28,063 bases of DNA, taken from a virus (lineage: Duplodnaviria > Caudoviricetes). Under the pieces are notes generated by a model. The model worked only from the letters and a program-made list of their open reading frames with translations, did no database searches and was not told the DNA's origin. Shown one piece after another: positions 1 to 9,967 of this stretch (within the stretch, counting starts at the first letter, position 1; each line of letters begins with the position of its first letter). Where the stretch lies: positions 1 through 28,063 of IMG/VR virus record IMGVR_UViG_3300028559_002432; one strand, given 5' to 3'. Position numbers and translations under genes: made by a program.

Positions 1-256
1 AACGTGCATCCAGTTCAGCATCAGTAGTGACAATCTTATCAAGAGGGAAGTTAAATGTAGCACCTTCCTTGCTTGAAGTAGTGAGAAACTCTCTAAAGAA
101 TAATGGAATTAGCTGCACTTGCAGTTGGCCTGATTGATTAGGCACAACATGAAGAATAGCAGGATCCCTTAGAGAGAGAGTAGTCTTACTCTCCCCCACT
201 TGTTTCCCGATTACGGTTTGACCAACATGGTTAATAATTACTTTTATATCGCTCAT
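1..256 (-). CDS. Partial CDS running off the window end; small conserved T4-like phage protein, possibly Sm-like fold
   Basis: Not in the ORF track. Read manually from ATG at 256: MSDIKVIINHVGQTVIGKQVGESKTTLSLRDPAILHVVPNQSGQLQVQLIPLFFREF..., open to the window edge. Beta-rich pattern, and preceded by its own promoter-like element. Confidence 0.7.
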   Translation of the reverse strand, partial: MSDIKVIINHVGQTVIGKQVGESKTTLSLRDPAILHVVPNQSGQLQVQLIPLFFREFLTTSSKEGATFNFPLDKIVTTDAELDAR

Positions 257-262
257 ATATAA

Positions 263-290
263 AATATATATTAAACTTTTATAATATCAA
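263..290 (-). promoter_or_regulatory. Sigma70-type promoter
   Basis: TTGATA-N16-TATATT-N6-ATG(256). Confidence 0.65.
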
Positions 291-2872
291 GCTAATAATT
301 CAAACAAATCACATTGCATGGCTTCACCTGGTTTTCTTGGCGTCCAATTCACCGCCTCATAAAACCTCTCAACAGCGCTGTACAGTATTTTGTCAAACAT
401 CAAATCAACATCTGGCTCAAAAATTGTGTTGAATTCTTCTGGGTAATAGTATTTGTAAGCCACTGCGCTTATACCATACTTATTAGGTTGTTTAACATAG
501 AAGAATCTAATCTTATCACCACTTGCAATGAGCTCATACTTCTTGCTCATTTTCAATGTCTTGCACAGTGTATTGTGAAAGTAGGCAGCTTTAACATGCA
601 ATGGCATAGATTTTATTGTCTTGAAACCTTCACATCTTGAGGAATATTTTTCATAGCCCTTCAGCCCCATGACAAAAGATATGTCAGCAACAGGCAGTTC
701 TTTGAACTTTCTATAAGCTTCATCCACCACCTCATTTGTTTTGACCTGGCTCTGGGTCAATAGCATGGTTTCAACAATTTTTTTAGCCAACGGCTTGATA
801 GGTGCAGGCATGGTAGTGCGAGCAATCTCAACGCCTGTATACTTGAATTTATTAGTTGTAATACCTTCTTCATCGAGAATATGCAGAACATATCTTTTTT
901 TCTGCAAATACAATGCAACATCACATATGGTTTCACGTTTAAACACAATCCTACTGTCCACAGTATTGAGATTTTCCTCACACCATTTCTTAATTTCCAC
1001 ATTCAGGTGATTTTCTATATCCATTACTTCATCATAAAAATGCTTGGATATTTTATCGTTATTCATGAATTCTAATCCACTATCCACAAGTAACGATAGA
1101 GAAGCATGTACTGAATCAGTGTCATTGTATATAACACAGGAATACTCTTCAGGAGGTTTCATATTCTTTACCTTGAGCTTCTCTGCAATTAAATTATCTA
1201 AGATTTTGTTGCTTTGTTTGATTACTGCTTGACCAGTTAATGTAATGCTTCTGGCCAAATCATCGTCACCCAGCGGGAAAACTTTATTACCTAGGGCACC
1301 GTATACAGAATTAATAAAGATTTTTATTGTATGTTGTCTGATGTTAAGTAAGCTTTGCTGGTCTTTTAATGTCTTGTATTCAGGTGTACCTTTCTGCAAT
1401 GTAGATATTTGTCTGTTTACCTTGGAGAGTTCTTTTCTGATTTGAACTCTGAGTTTATAATAATGATCCACCATTTCAGGTATAATGCCTTTTGTTTTCT
1501 GGCTAAACAAAACCTTGGCCTTGCTCAGTGTTAATTTCTCTTGTTTTACAAGCTGTGCAAATTTTGCTATGGATAGATCTACTACTCTACCGCTCACATC
1601 CCTGATTGTTACAGTTTCTTTATCCTGTTTCTCGATTATACCCATCTTTGTCTCTGGTGACAGGTTAAGAGTAATCATAACAGATGGATACAAGCTGTTG
1701 GCATCAAAAGTTACTATATTTTTCTGAAAACCTCTCTGAGGTTCACTCACATAAGCACCTTCATTCTGGCTCCCGTCATCTTCACCCCTTATGAAGGTTG
1801 GGATTTTTTTATCTCTGTATCTAGCTCTAACCGCGCAGGCCCCTATGATTACACTCATACTACCCATGGCAGCTTCAAAAGTTGTTAAACCGAAATAACT
1901 TAATGATCTTAATAATTCGAAATATTGTAATTTTTCCTCCATCTTCACAAGCAGTCTCACGTCCTGTACGTTGTATTCTACAAACTTGCTCCAATTCTCA
2001 TCAGCCAAGCTACTCAAATTAGTTTCTCCATAGTCAATTTTCTGCTCATCAAGCTCTATCTTAGCTATACTATTCAGTTTGTAACTTGCTCTAAGTACCA
2101 TGCAAAACCGTTTGTAGATATCCAGATAATCCAAACATGATACACCATCAATAAACCATCTCACAGTTTGCCTGCCAAATGTTCCTTTCAATGTTTTGAA
2201 ATAAACTCTACCCGTGGGCGAGAGTCTGCCTACTTCCTCCTCACCAAATAAAACTTTAACCCTGTTAATAATATAGGGCAAGTCAAACAAAATGCTATTC
2301 CATCCAAGTAGAACATCTGGTGGGTCGTTCTGCATGAAAGTTAAAAACTTGTCAAACATCTCTTTCTCGGTTTTGCAGTAGTGAAATATTTGATCTTTGG
2401 AGTTGGATGTGTGGGGCTTAATGCCCCAGGTGATGAATCTTCTGGACAATGAATCATATATGGTTATGACATTTACTGGGTGTTTAGCTTCTTCTGGTAT
2501 GGGGAACTCATCTGGTGAGTACGTTTCAATATCTAGATAGTAAATTTTTATTGGAAATTGAGAGAATTCTGGCGTTTCATTTACCTCCCAGAAGTTATCA
2601 CATAAAAACTGCTGAGCAGGAGATAAATTTTCAAAGATTCTGGTTAGACCAACTTCTTTGATATATTTTGATTTCTCAAATTGATTTTTAAAGCTCTTCT
2701 TCTTTAAGGCAGTGTTAAAGATGCTAGTTGCATCAGTAGAGCCTTTTGATTCTACATATATGTAAGGGTTGTATGTGGAGTCTATAGCAATTCTGTTGCC
2801 TGCACTATCCCAGGTGAAGAGTCTGATCAACTCACTTCTTGGATCGTATACAATATTCCTATATCCCTTCAT
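287..2872 (-). CDS. gp43: Family B DNA polymerase (T4 gp43-like)
   Basis: 861 aa; ExoI LDIET, ExoII GWNSILFDLPY, ExoIII YNVQD, Pol motif A FDANSLYP, motif B KIFINSVYGALG, motif C YNDTDS, KKRY. Confidence 0.97.
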   Translation of the reverse strand: MKGYRNIVYDPRSELIRLFTWDSAGNRIAIDSTYNPYIYVESKGSTDATSIFNTALKKKSFKNQFEKSKYIKEVGLTRIFENLSPAQQFLCDNFWEVNETPEFSQFPIKIYYLDIETYSPDEFPIPEEAKHPVNVITIYDSLSRRFITWGIKPHTSNSKDQIFHYCKTEKEMFDKFLTFMQNDPPDVLLGWNSILFDLPYIINRVKVLFGEEEVGRLSPTGRVYFKTLKGTFGRQTVRWFIDGVSCLDYLDIYKRFCMVLRASYKLNSIAKIELDEQKIDYGETNLSSLADENWSKFVEYNVQDVRLLVKMEEKLQYFELLRSLSYFGLTTFEAAMGSMSVIIGACAVRARYRDKKIPTFIRGEDDGSQNEGAYVSEPQRGFQKNIVTFDANSLYPSVMITLNLSPETKMGIIEKQDKETVTIRDVSGRVVDLSIAKFAQLVKQEKLTLSKAKVLFSQKTKGIIPEMVDHYYKLRVQIRKELSKVNRQISTLQKGTPEYKTLKDQQSLLNIRQHTIKIFINSVYGALGNKVFPLGDDDLARSITLTGQAVIKQSNKILDNLIAEKLKVKNMKPPEEYSCVIYNDTDSVHASLSLLVDSGLEFMNNDKISKHFYDEVMDIENHLNVEIKKWCEENLNTVDSRIVFKRETICDVALYLQKKRYVLHILDEEGITTNKFKYTGVEIARTTMPAPIKPLAKKIVETMLLTQSQVKTNEVVDEAYRKFKELPVADISFVMGLKGYEKYSSRCEGFKTIKSMPLHVKAAYFHNTLCKTLKMSKKYELIASGDKIRFFYVKQPNKYGISAVAYKYYYPEEFNTIFEPDVDLMFDKILYSAVERFYEAVNWTPRKPGEAMQCDLFELLA

Positions 2873-2875
2873 AAT

Positions 2876-2902
2876 TTGATTTTATACTATATTTGATAAA
2901 AT
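2876..2902. promoter_or_regulatory. Divergent promoter region between gp43 and the Cys-rich ORF
   Basis: Plus strand: TTGATT-N15-TAAAAT-N4-GTG(2907). Minus strand: TAAAAT (2879-2884)-N6-ATG(2872), with no clear -35. Confidence 0.5.
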
Positions 2903-2906
2903 AATA

Positions 2907-3098
2907 GTGGAAAAGATTATGCAATTCTTTGAGCTCAGTCTGCCTTGCCCTCCGGAGATACAGGACTGTGACCGGCATAGATTGAACTATATGAATGAAT
3001 TAGACACATTGAAGAAATCTGGTGGGTGTGGTGGTTGTGCAGAACGTTCACTCAGAAATAGATATATTAGCCTACTACAGACATGTTTACAGAAATAA
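2907..3098 (+). CDS. Small Cys-rich hypothetical protein (CxxC)
   Basis: 63 aa ORF, GTG start, contains CPPEIQDC and GGCGGC; fills the gap divergent from gp43 and overlaps the next ORF. Confidence 0.7.
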   Translation: MEKIMQFFELSLPCPPEIQDCDRHRLNYMNELDTLKKSGGCGGCAERSLRNRYISLLQTCLQK

Positions 3099-3418
3099 TA
3101 TTATATTTTTTGGGCTTATGCTCAGTATGTAGCTTTTTGCTCTTGTGGTTTGTTTCACCCCTCAAAATAACTCTAGCCAAATTGCTATTTAATGCAGACA
3201 TAGTGGATGTTAAGAATTTTGACGATCTAATATATCTTAAAAGTAAATATCTGTCCAAACTATCCTCTTGTTGGATATGCTGTAGTTTCTGGTCATCGCT
3301 GGCTGTGGGTATTGTCATGGCCATTGTATCGTCCAATCCTGTCTACCCTGTAATTACGTTCTGCACTTATCCTTGTCTAGCTTATGTTTTTAAACGTATC
3401 ATTGACCAAGACCGTTGA
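3083..3418 (+). CDS. Small membrane protein, DUF1360-like (CxxCxxxW)
   Basis: 111 aa with about 3 hydrophobic segments and LSSCWICCSFWSSL, resembling the CxxCxxxW motif of DUF1360-type proteins. Confidence 0.65.
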   Translation: MFTEIILYFLGLCSVCSFLLLWFVSPLKITLAKLLFNADIVDVKNFDDLIYLKSKYLSKLSSCWICCSFWSSLAVGIVMAIVSSNPVYPVITFCTYPCLAYVFKRIIDQDR

Positions 3419-4649
3419 TGCGATTCAATCTGGTACGCTTTGGATCACCATAGGGATGACTGAATAATTCATAATAACACTGAATATTTTCTTGATTCTC
3501 TAGCCATCTTGTGTCTGCATCTTTGCGTCCTTTGGCACACAGATTCATATATCTTCCCTTTTTGCTGAGCACATCATCTATCATGGTCAGCATCTCCTCA
3601 CCAGTCTTAAATTTAAACTGAGCGTCCTCATATGTGCATAAATCTTGACATGCTATAGGAAGACCGAAGCTGTTGGCTTCTATTAGCTTCAAATCGGATT
3701 TGGACTTGTTGAAGTTATTGTCCTGCAATGGTGCAACAAGCATATTAACTTTAAGTTTTCTGATGGCCTCACCATAGTGGTAAAGATTGACCCATGGGTG
3801 GAATTCTACTGCACCTGAATCAACAAGTGGTTTGATTGGCAGTGGATAGGCACCTAGAAACACCCACTGATATTTGTGATGGGTATCATAGATAGCTTTG
3901 ATAACATGAGCAAAATCATCATTTTGGTTGACTCTATTCTCTACATCAAAATGTGCCCCAGATCCTGCATACAGAATTCTAGGTTTATTTTTGTGCGTAT
4001 CATAATTGGCACTTATTGCTTTTTCATCATAGAAATGACCTAGCCAGAATTTTGGTGGAAAGTTTGGAATGACGGTTACGTTCTGGTTACCAGTTTTTTC
4101 TTTGTAGTAGTTTTTCATGAAATCACATGTAACTGTAATTTCATCACACATGGACATTATCTCACAAGCATTCTGCCTGATCTGTGGATCAGTGAAAGCA
4201 GATTTAAATTTGTTATAATCAGGAATATCCTCATGAAATACTAGATCGTCAATCTCATATATGATCCTAAACCCTACCTGCTTTGAAACTTCTTTCAAGA
4301 ACTTAACAAACTGCAGTTGTGAAGATGTCGCTTGTCGTTGTATTCTCACAACCTTGGTGTTGATATAATATCTTGGATCCAACACCATCACTGTTGTACC
4401 GTGCACACAGAATTCACCGTAGGCATTGCAAAGGTGCTCTGGCCATATCATTCTCCAGAAACCACACCCAGAGTAATCTGCATAATACTGAATGACCCTT
4501 GGGTTGGTGATCTCAGGTGGTTGCGGCGATGTGGGTGCAATCATCGGCGCTTGTGACTGTTGATTGAAAGGATTATTTAAATAAGGTACACTTTGAAGAA
4601 GAGGTGATGCAAAGGGGTTGCTGTTGAAAGGAGTACCGGTTGTATTCAT
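3399..4649 (-). CDS. GT-B fold glycosyltransferase (GT4-like)
   Basis: 416 aa; GCGFWRMIWP, YEIDD, ITVT, PNF, ILYAGS, APLQDNNFNKSKSDLKLIEA-GLP are typical of phage GT-B glycosyltransferases; N-terminal ~45 aa are P/Q/N low complexity. Confidence 0.85.
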   Translation of the reverse strand: MNTTGTPFNSNPFASPLLQSVPYLNNPFNQQSQAPMIAPTSPQPPEITNPRVIQYYADYSGCGFWRMIWPEHLCNAYGEFCVHGTTVMVLDPRYYINTKVVRIQRQATSSQLQFVKFLKEVSKQVGFRIIYEIDDLVFHEDIPDYNKFKSAFTDPQIRQNACEIMSMCDEITVTCDFMKNYYKEKTGNQNVTVIPNFPPKFWLGHFYDEKAISANYDTHKNKPRILYAGSGAHFDVENRVNQNDDFAHVIKAIYDTHHKYQWVFLGAYPLPIKPLVDSGAVEFHPWVNLYHYGEAIRKLKVNMLVAPLQDNNFNKSKSDLKLIEANSFGLPIACQDLCTYEDAQFKFKTGEEMLTMIDDVLSKKGRYMNLCAKGRKDADTRWLENQENIQCYYELFSHPYGDPKRTRLNRINGLGQ

Positions 4650-4653
4650 GTTT

Positions 4654-4683
4654 AATATATAACAAGTCTGCAGAATATATCAA
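4654..4683 (-). promoter_or_regulatory. Sigma70-type promoter of the GT-B gene
   Basis: TTGATA-N18-TATATT-N4-ATG(4649). Confidence 0.5.
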
Positions 4684-6489
4684 CTACATTACCTTGAAAG
4701 GAAGTCTCGTGGTTATACCGTTCTTTTTCTCCAAATATATAACTTCTCCATTGCATACTTTAGTACATTCTTTTCTATGGGAAATTATGTAGATTCCAAG
4801 ATTATACAAGTTGACTTGTTCATTGAGAATATTTAAAACCAAATCAACACCAGTCTCATCTAGACTTGTATCCAGCAATTCATCGTAAAACTGTATGTTA
4901 TAAAATACATTACCCTGGAGTCTGAGCATGTCAATAAAGGCAAACATGGTTGCTAAATCTATAACCTTTCTCTCTGCACCACTATAGTTAAAGTAGCTGG
5001 TGATCTTGCCTTTTTCATTAACGATTGTTTCATCAAACAGTTCGTTAAATGTTACAATAGCATTAGAATTGAGCTTTTTGAGGTATATATTGATTTTATT
5101 ATTGAATAACTTTAATATTTTCTTTACTATATAGCTCTTCACACCCTCTTCACTTACTACAAATTTGGATGCTTCGATTAAGCTTAGAACATTTTGAAGC
5201 TTATTAATCTTTTCCGATATATCTGAAAGTTTTTTAGTATTTTCTTCTATCAATACATCTGAATTTTCATCTGCTATTTTGAGATGGTCAAAATCCTGTT
5301 GCAACTGCTCTAACAGAGTATCAATTTCTGTTAATCTCTTCTTGCTACTCTCAAACTTTTGCGAGTTAAGGTTGTGGAAATTTATATTATTATTGCCCTT
5401 TTTTATTGCATCCATTATTTTAGTCTTGAGAATATTCAATTCTGAAACCTTATTTTCATTTAGCTTTATATCGTTCTCCGAATCTGTTATTTGTTTTTTG
5501 AGCTTTGCTTTTTCTTCTTTAATTAATCCTTTATCATGCTCTGTAACAGGCTTCAAGCACACTGGGCAGTTGTGTTTATCTGTGCCAATCTTGGATGAAG
5601 TTGCAATGGCAAATTCATTCTTGGTTTCTAGAGATGCAATAACTTTAGAATATTCTCTAAGCTTATCATCACAATCTTCAAGCTTAACATTTAACTTTAC
5701 AATATTAGCTTCTATTTCAGACACATTAATAGGTGCATAGTTGTTTGTAAAATCTAGAGTTGCCTCTTTCTCTTTATGCAGTTCTTTCTGTCTTATGTTT
5801 AATTGTGATCTTCTAAATTCAAAGTCTTTCTTTGTTTTTTCCTTTTGCTTGATTAAATTGTCTAGCATATTTTTTATTTCTTCCTCTCTTGCTAGATTCG
5901 CTTCAAGTTCTTTCTTAGTGGTGTTTAATTCATCTCTGATCATGTTAAGCATCTTGCTAAATACTTCCAGATTGAAGATACCCTCAATAAACTTTCTCTT
6001 TTCTATCTTTTTCTTTGCCATGAACGGTGTAGTATTATTAACAGTCATGACAACACAATTCTGAAATACCTCTGAGCTACATTGTATTAGTTGTGAGATA
6101 TAATCAGTAGTGCTTGATATACTATCACGAGTAACATCAATTTGATTCTGGTATAAAATGCATTTGCTTGGTTCTAGGGTTCTTACAACTTCAAATTCAT
6201 CTACCTTTTCACCAGTGCGAATATTAAAGGACAATGACACCTCGCATGTTCTGTTTGTAGAATAATTTATAATATGTTCTTTTTTAAGCTCTCTTATGGT
6301 GCTACCAAACAATGCAAAGTGGAGGGCGTCAGTTATTGTGCTCTTCCCAACGCCATTTCTTCTATCGGTTTGATCTCTATTGATACCAGTTATTGCATTT
6401 AGCCCTGGTGTGAATGTAACTTCTACCATTTTATCGCCAACGCTTAGAAAGTTTTTAGCTTTAAGTGTATTAAAGATTACGCTTTTCAT
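4684..6489 (-). CDS. gp46: SbcC/Rad50-like recombination ATPase (T4 gp46)
   Basis: KNFLSVG, Walker A NGVGKST, coiled coils with CPVC zinc hook, signature YSGAE, Walker B FYDELLD, ISH. Start placed at ATG 6489, which forms an ATGA overlap with the gp47 stop. Confidence 0.95.
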   Translation of the reverse strand: MKSVIFNTLKAKNFLSVGDKMVEVTFTPGLNAITGINRDQTDRRNGVGKSTITDALHFALFGSTIRELKKEHIINYSTNRTCEVSLSFNIRTGEKVDEFEVVRTLEPSKCILYQNQIDVTRDSISSTTDYISQLIQCSSEVFQNCVVMTVNNTTPFMAKKKIEKRKFIEGIFNLEVFSKMLNMIRDELNTTKKELEANLAREEEIKNMLDNLIKQKEKTKKDFEFRRSQLNIRQKELHKEKEATLDFTNNYAPINVSEIEANIVKLNVKLEDCDDKLREYSKVIASLETKNEFAIATSSKIGTDKHNCPVCLKPVTEHDKGLIKEEKAKLKKQITDSENDIKLNENKVSELNILKTKIMDAIKKGNNNINFHNLNSQKFESSKKRLTEIDTLLEQLQQDFDHLKIADENSDVLIEENTKKLSDISEKINKLQNVLSLIEASKFVVSEEGVKSYIVKKILKLFNNKINIYLKKLNSNAIVTFNELFDETIVNEKGKITSYFNYSGAERKVIDLATMFAFIDMLRLQGNVFYNIQFYDELLDTSLDETGVDLVLNILNEQVNLYNLGIYIISHRKECTKVCNGEVIYLEKKNGITTRLPFKVM

Positions 6490-7526
6490 TTGCAATTATT
6501 ATACAGCGAGACAGTATAGTCAACAACATCTTTTTTATTTTGAATATCTAGCATGTCTATAAATTCTGATATAGCTTGAGGTATGTTCACACCACTCAAA
6601 TCTATTTTTTCTTGGCCTAGATCAAACTTATCAAAATTTGCCGAATGATCCACAGTGAGTGTTACTGGCTTGAATGAATTTAATTTGACTGAAAGTTTAT
6701 CCAAATCTGTGGAATCAATGTTTCTATCTACAACAAGTTTAATAATATTATTCCCTAGAATATCTTTACCTTTGCGGTCAAAATTATCAATTTTAATTAA
6801 TTCAGAGAGCTTAATTTTCTTATGCTTAGGAGAAAAATTGTTTTCAATGAATTCAAACAACATGGTCTTGAGGTCTAGTATATAAAATCCTTTTACTGAG
6901 TCTACATCACCAAAATCTAACTCAAAAGGACACCCTACATACAGAATAGTGTTTTTGCCATATTTTCTCTCTTCTCTCAAATGAAAGTGACCAGAAACAA
7001 TTAACGGTGAGTGTTTAAAGAGATCATCTGGCTTTGTACCATGATCACAGATTTTGTATGTGTTCATCTTGAAGCTTTCAATTTCAAAGTGACCGAAAAC
7101 TATGTCACAGCTATGAATTTCATTAACATCAGTTCCCCAGGGAGCGAAATACATCTCCCTACCACACACTTGCAACACCTTAGGCTCTTGTATTACTTCT
7201 ATGTTCTTACGACCGTTAAAAATGCTGATACTGTTAACTTTGCTGTTATGTCTGAAGAAGGAATCATGATTACCTGTGATCATTATCAGTCTAAAGTCAT
7301 CAAACAGTTGCAGAATCTTACTTGCATGATGCAGTGTATTGACAGTAATTTCACTCCTGTTGTGAAAGAAGTCACCGCAAAATATAATATCTGTAATGTT
7401 TCTGCTCTTCAGCTGCGCTGTATACCATTGAGCCCATTCCAGTGATATATCGTGCCAGGTGGAACTATTGGTATGGACACCTAGATGAAGATCAGAGAAG
7501 ATAGCTACTTTGCAGTCTTTAAGCAT
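6486..7526 (-). CDS. gp47: SbcD/Mre11-like recombination nuclease (T4 gp47)
   Basis: Metallophosphoesterase motifs SDLHLG, GDFF, GNHD, GHFE, SGHFH; adjacent to gp46. Confidence 0.95.
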   Translation of the reverse strand: MLKDCKVAIFSDLHLGVHTNSSTWHDISLEWAQWYTAQLKSRNITDIIFCGDFFHNRSEITVNTLHHASKILQLFDDFRLIMITGNHDSFFRHNSKVNSISIFNGRKNIEVIQEPKVLQVCGREMYFAPWGTDVNEIHSCDIVFGHFEIESFKMNTYKICDHGTKPDDLFKHSPLIVSGHFHLREERKYGKNTILYVGCPFELDFGDVDSVKGFYILDLKTMLFEFIENNFSPKHKKIKLSELIKIDNFDRKGKDILGNNIIKLVVDRNIDSTDLDKLSVKLNSFKPVTLTVDHSANFDKFDLGQEKIDLSGVNIPQAISEFIDMLDIQNKKDVVDYTVSLYNNCK

Positions 7527-8124
7527 TACTTTGATTATAGTGGCTATTATCTAGATCTCCACCGTTACCAAAATCAGAGCAAATTCTAACACCACTTGCA
7601 TCCTCATTAGCGTTTATCAGGTCATCATAATGTCTCTCTCTGTAGTCAACTATGAGTTGATGGTACTTCTTTTCCTTCTTGATACGGCTGATGAATGCAT
7701 GGAAGGCAATGGTTGTGAAATAGCTGAAAGGGCTGAACCCTTTGTCTATATGAAATTTTTGATATTTCAACGCTTGGTACATCTTTACAACAGCATCCCC
7801 AATCATTTCATCTTTATAGCTATAATTTATAAAATTAGGAGCAAAAGAAAGACCATAGGCAATGCGCCTGATACTATCGGCCAGATACTCTGTCATCACC
7901 CCGCTCTTATAAAAGCCTCTGATACCATCTTCAAATTCCTTACTGTTTACATAGTGAGGCTTCTCTGAAGGTTTGAGCTTTTTACGCGTCTTAGCTTCAT
8001 TCTTAATACCTTTTTCCAGAGTCTGCAGTGCAACCTTTTCAAGCTGCAACTCTGCAGGCAGTACTACTGCCTCTTTATTTTTCTCTGATTTCGGTGATTT
8101 TATACGGGATGGTTTCTTGATCAT
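7519..8124 (-). CDS. gp55: Late-transcription sigma factor (T4 gp55-like)
   Basis: HYVNSKEF...IAYGLSFAPNFINYSYKDEMIGDA...PFSYFTTIAFHAFISRIKKEKK match gp55 conserved blocks, and the gene lies upstream of gp47. Start uncertain (8124, 8148 or 8184). Confidence 0.9.
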   Translation of the reverse strand: MIKKPSRIKSPKSEKNKEAVVLPAELQLEKVALQTLEKGIKNEAKTRKKLKPSEKPHYVNSKEFEDGIRGFYKSGVMTEYLADSIRRIAYGLSFAPNFINYSYKDEMIGDAVVKMYQALKYQKFHIDKGFSPFSYFTTIAFHAFISRIKKEKKYHQLIVDYRERHYDDLINANEDASGVRICSDFGNGGDLDNSHYNQSNA

Positions 8125-9535
8125 AAAGTGTTTGTCTTTTAATTTCATGTCGACGTCCATAGGTGAGTTGATCTGCAAAGTCAAAAATTTGTAGCTTGCT
8201 CTTATTTTCGTGCAGTCTCAATCCTCTTCCTATGCTCTGAATAACCTTAACTTTGGCTTTTCCACCTGCTGCAAAGAAGATATAATGTAAATTTTTAACA
8301 TTAATACCTGTACTAAAAACCTTACTAATTGCAATGGCTACTACGTTAGATTCCTTCTCCATTAAACCTTTGATCTGCTCTCTATCTTCAACTTCGACAC
8401 TGCCTTGAATAAAGAATATTTTTTTACGAGTAGCATGTTCTGAAAGATATTTATAGATGGCCTCACCATGTTTGATGTAATCCACCAATATTAAGACATT
8501 ATTAGTAGCGTTATTAGCAAGCGTGCACATCAAATTATTTCGAAATTTATTTTCAAATAAGAACTCCAGTTCTGTCCTATATCGCTCTGTTGGATTTAGT
8601 GTCTCCACATACTTGGGTTTATCATTATAGGAGATCTCTAAGATGTTACATATCACACTAGTTACAAAATTTTCTTTTCTCAATTCAAAGCTAGACTTCT
8701 CATATATAATGGGACCAATTTTACCTATTATGTTCCATTGATCCAATTTATCTTCTGGCATGGTACCGGTGAAGCCAAATCTTATTGGTGTATTTAATTG
8801 TTTGAGTATCTTATTGATTTGATTGCCTCTTCTAGCTTTATGTATCTCATCAAATATTAAGACATTAATTCCTTCTAACCAGGATAAATCTGATTTTTCA
8901 GATAGTATGATTCCCAAATTAGCTATGACAACGTTTGCATTTGCGTTGAGCTTATCAGAGCCAGTCCATTTATTAAAGAAAAAAGGAACACCATATTGTG
9001 CAAAATCATTGAACGTCTGGTTTACTAATCCGAGATCAGGTACTATTAATAAACATTTAAACTGATTATTGAGCATAAAAAAATTGGATAGGAGAGATGC
9101 CATTACCAGTGTTTTACCACCTGCAGTCGCGAGAACAGTGACTCCTCTCCCTTTATCAAGACACTGGTAAACTATCTCCTTTTGATAATCTCTCAATTTT
9201 AATGACATGTTATCATAGGGTGTATTTGTGAAGCTAATATTATTTTTATAGATGTGTGATGGTATTACATGTGAGGCAAATTCACTGGATGTTTTTATAT
9301 CGGATTGTTGGCAGTATTCATTTTTTACTAAGAATTTAATTATCTCGTAAAACAAACATGGATCAAACTGACCGGTAGGGGTAATGGCATATGTGCGCGA
9401 AGGTATGAAGCGGCCTCTCATCCTGGCAAATCTTGCACCTTCGTTTGGTGTAGAAAAGTGTTCTCTTATCTCAGATAAATGCTCAGTCTTTAAAATGCCA
9501 AGACCTTTATTCTTATTATACTCAAACAGAATCAT
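8075..9535 (-). CDS. uvsW: SF2 DNA helicase UvsW
   Basis: LRDYQ Q-motif, ATAGGKT, DEIH, GFTGT, STGIN, QSIGRGLR. Confidence 0.93.
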   Translation of the reverse strand: MILFEYNKNKGLGILKTEHLSEIREHFSTPNEGARFARMRGRFIPSRTYAITPTGQFDPCLFYEIIKFLVKNEYCQQSDIKTSSEFASHVIPSHIYKNNISFTNTPYDNMSLKLRDYQKEIVYQCLDKGRGVTVLATAGGKTLVMASLLSNFFMLNNQFKCLLIVPDLGLVNQTFNDFAQYGVPFFFNKWTGSDKLNANANVVIANLGIILSEKSDLSWLEGINVLIFDEIHKARRGNQINKILKQLNTPIRFGFTGTMPEDKLDQWNIIGKIGPIIYEKSSFELRKENFVTSVICNILEISYNDKPKYVETLNPTERYRTELEFLFENKFRNNLMCTLANNATNNVLILVDYIKHGEAIYKYLSEHATRKKIFFIQGSVEVEDREQIKGLMEKESNVVAIAISKVFSTGINVKNLHYIFFAAGGKAKVKVIQSIGRGLRLHENKSKLQIFDFADQLTYGRRHEIKRQTLYDQETIPYKITEIREK

Positions 9536-9930
9536 TATGTGGTCTCCATCTTAATAATTTCCACTAAGTTCTTGATATCAAAACCTATGCTATGCATAGT
9601 TCTTTCAACTTTTTCTAAAAACTCAACTACTATTCTCTTATCACCTATTTGTTTAACCACCTCTACTACAGCTTCATGCCTTTCTGCTGTCTTCTCACAA
9701 ATTAAAGGTGTGAGCTTAACTGGTGATTCTTTTCTTATTTCCTCGCCCACTCTACAAACCAACGAGTCTCTCTCTTTTTGTAGCTCGTTTAATGCGGATT
9801 TTTCTTTCATTAATCTGGACACCCACTTGGCCTTTCTTGCAGGAAGCATCAAGGCACTCTCTTTCAAGTTCAGTTCATCTAGCGCCACATCAGCCTCTAG
9901 TTCAGATATATACTTTTCAAGCAATGTCAC
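9535..9930 (-). CDS. uvsY: Recombination mediator UvsY-like
   Basis: About 131 aa helical protein ending GFDIKNLVEIIKME (UvsY-type C-terminus), coupled to uvsW by a TAATG overlap. GTG start at 9930 or 9933. Confidence 0.8.
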   Translation of the reverse strand: MTLLEKYISELEADVALDELNLKESALMLPARKAKWVSRLMKEKSALNELQKERDSLVCRVGEEIRKESPVKLTPLICEKTAERHEAVVEVVKQIGDKRIVVEFLEKVERTMHSIGFDIKNLVEIIKMETT

Positions 9931-9936
9931 CACATA

Positions 9937-9964
9937 AATATAACATATACTCTAGATAAATCAA
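9937..9964 (-). promoter_or_regulatory. Sigma70-type promoter of the uvsY-uvsW-gp55-gp47-gp46 operon
   Basis: TTGATT-N16-TATATT-N6-GTG(9930). Confidence 0.65.
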
Positions 9965-9967
9965 TTA

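Noticed and set aside
314-1727. Short plus-strand ORFs inside gp43
   Set aside because: Antisense shadows of a well-conserved gene, with no motifs or promoter pattern.
287-9535. Introns or inteins in gp43, gp46 or uvsW
   Set aside because: Lengths are normal, motifs are contiguous, and no intein C/S...HN signature is evident.
5279-9959. Plus-strand ORFs of 60-153 aa opposite gp46, gp47, gp55, uvsW and uvsY
   Set aside because: Their F/S/L-rich composition is the expected mirror of K/E-rich sense codons.
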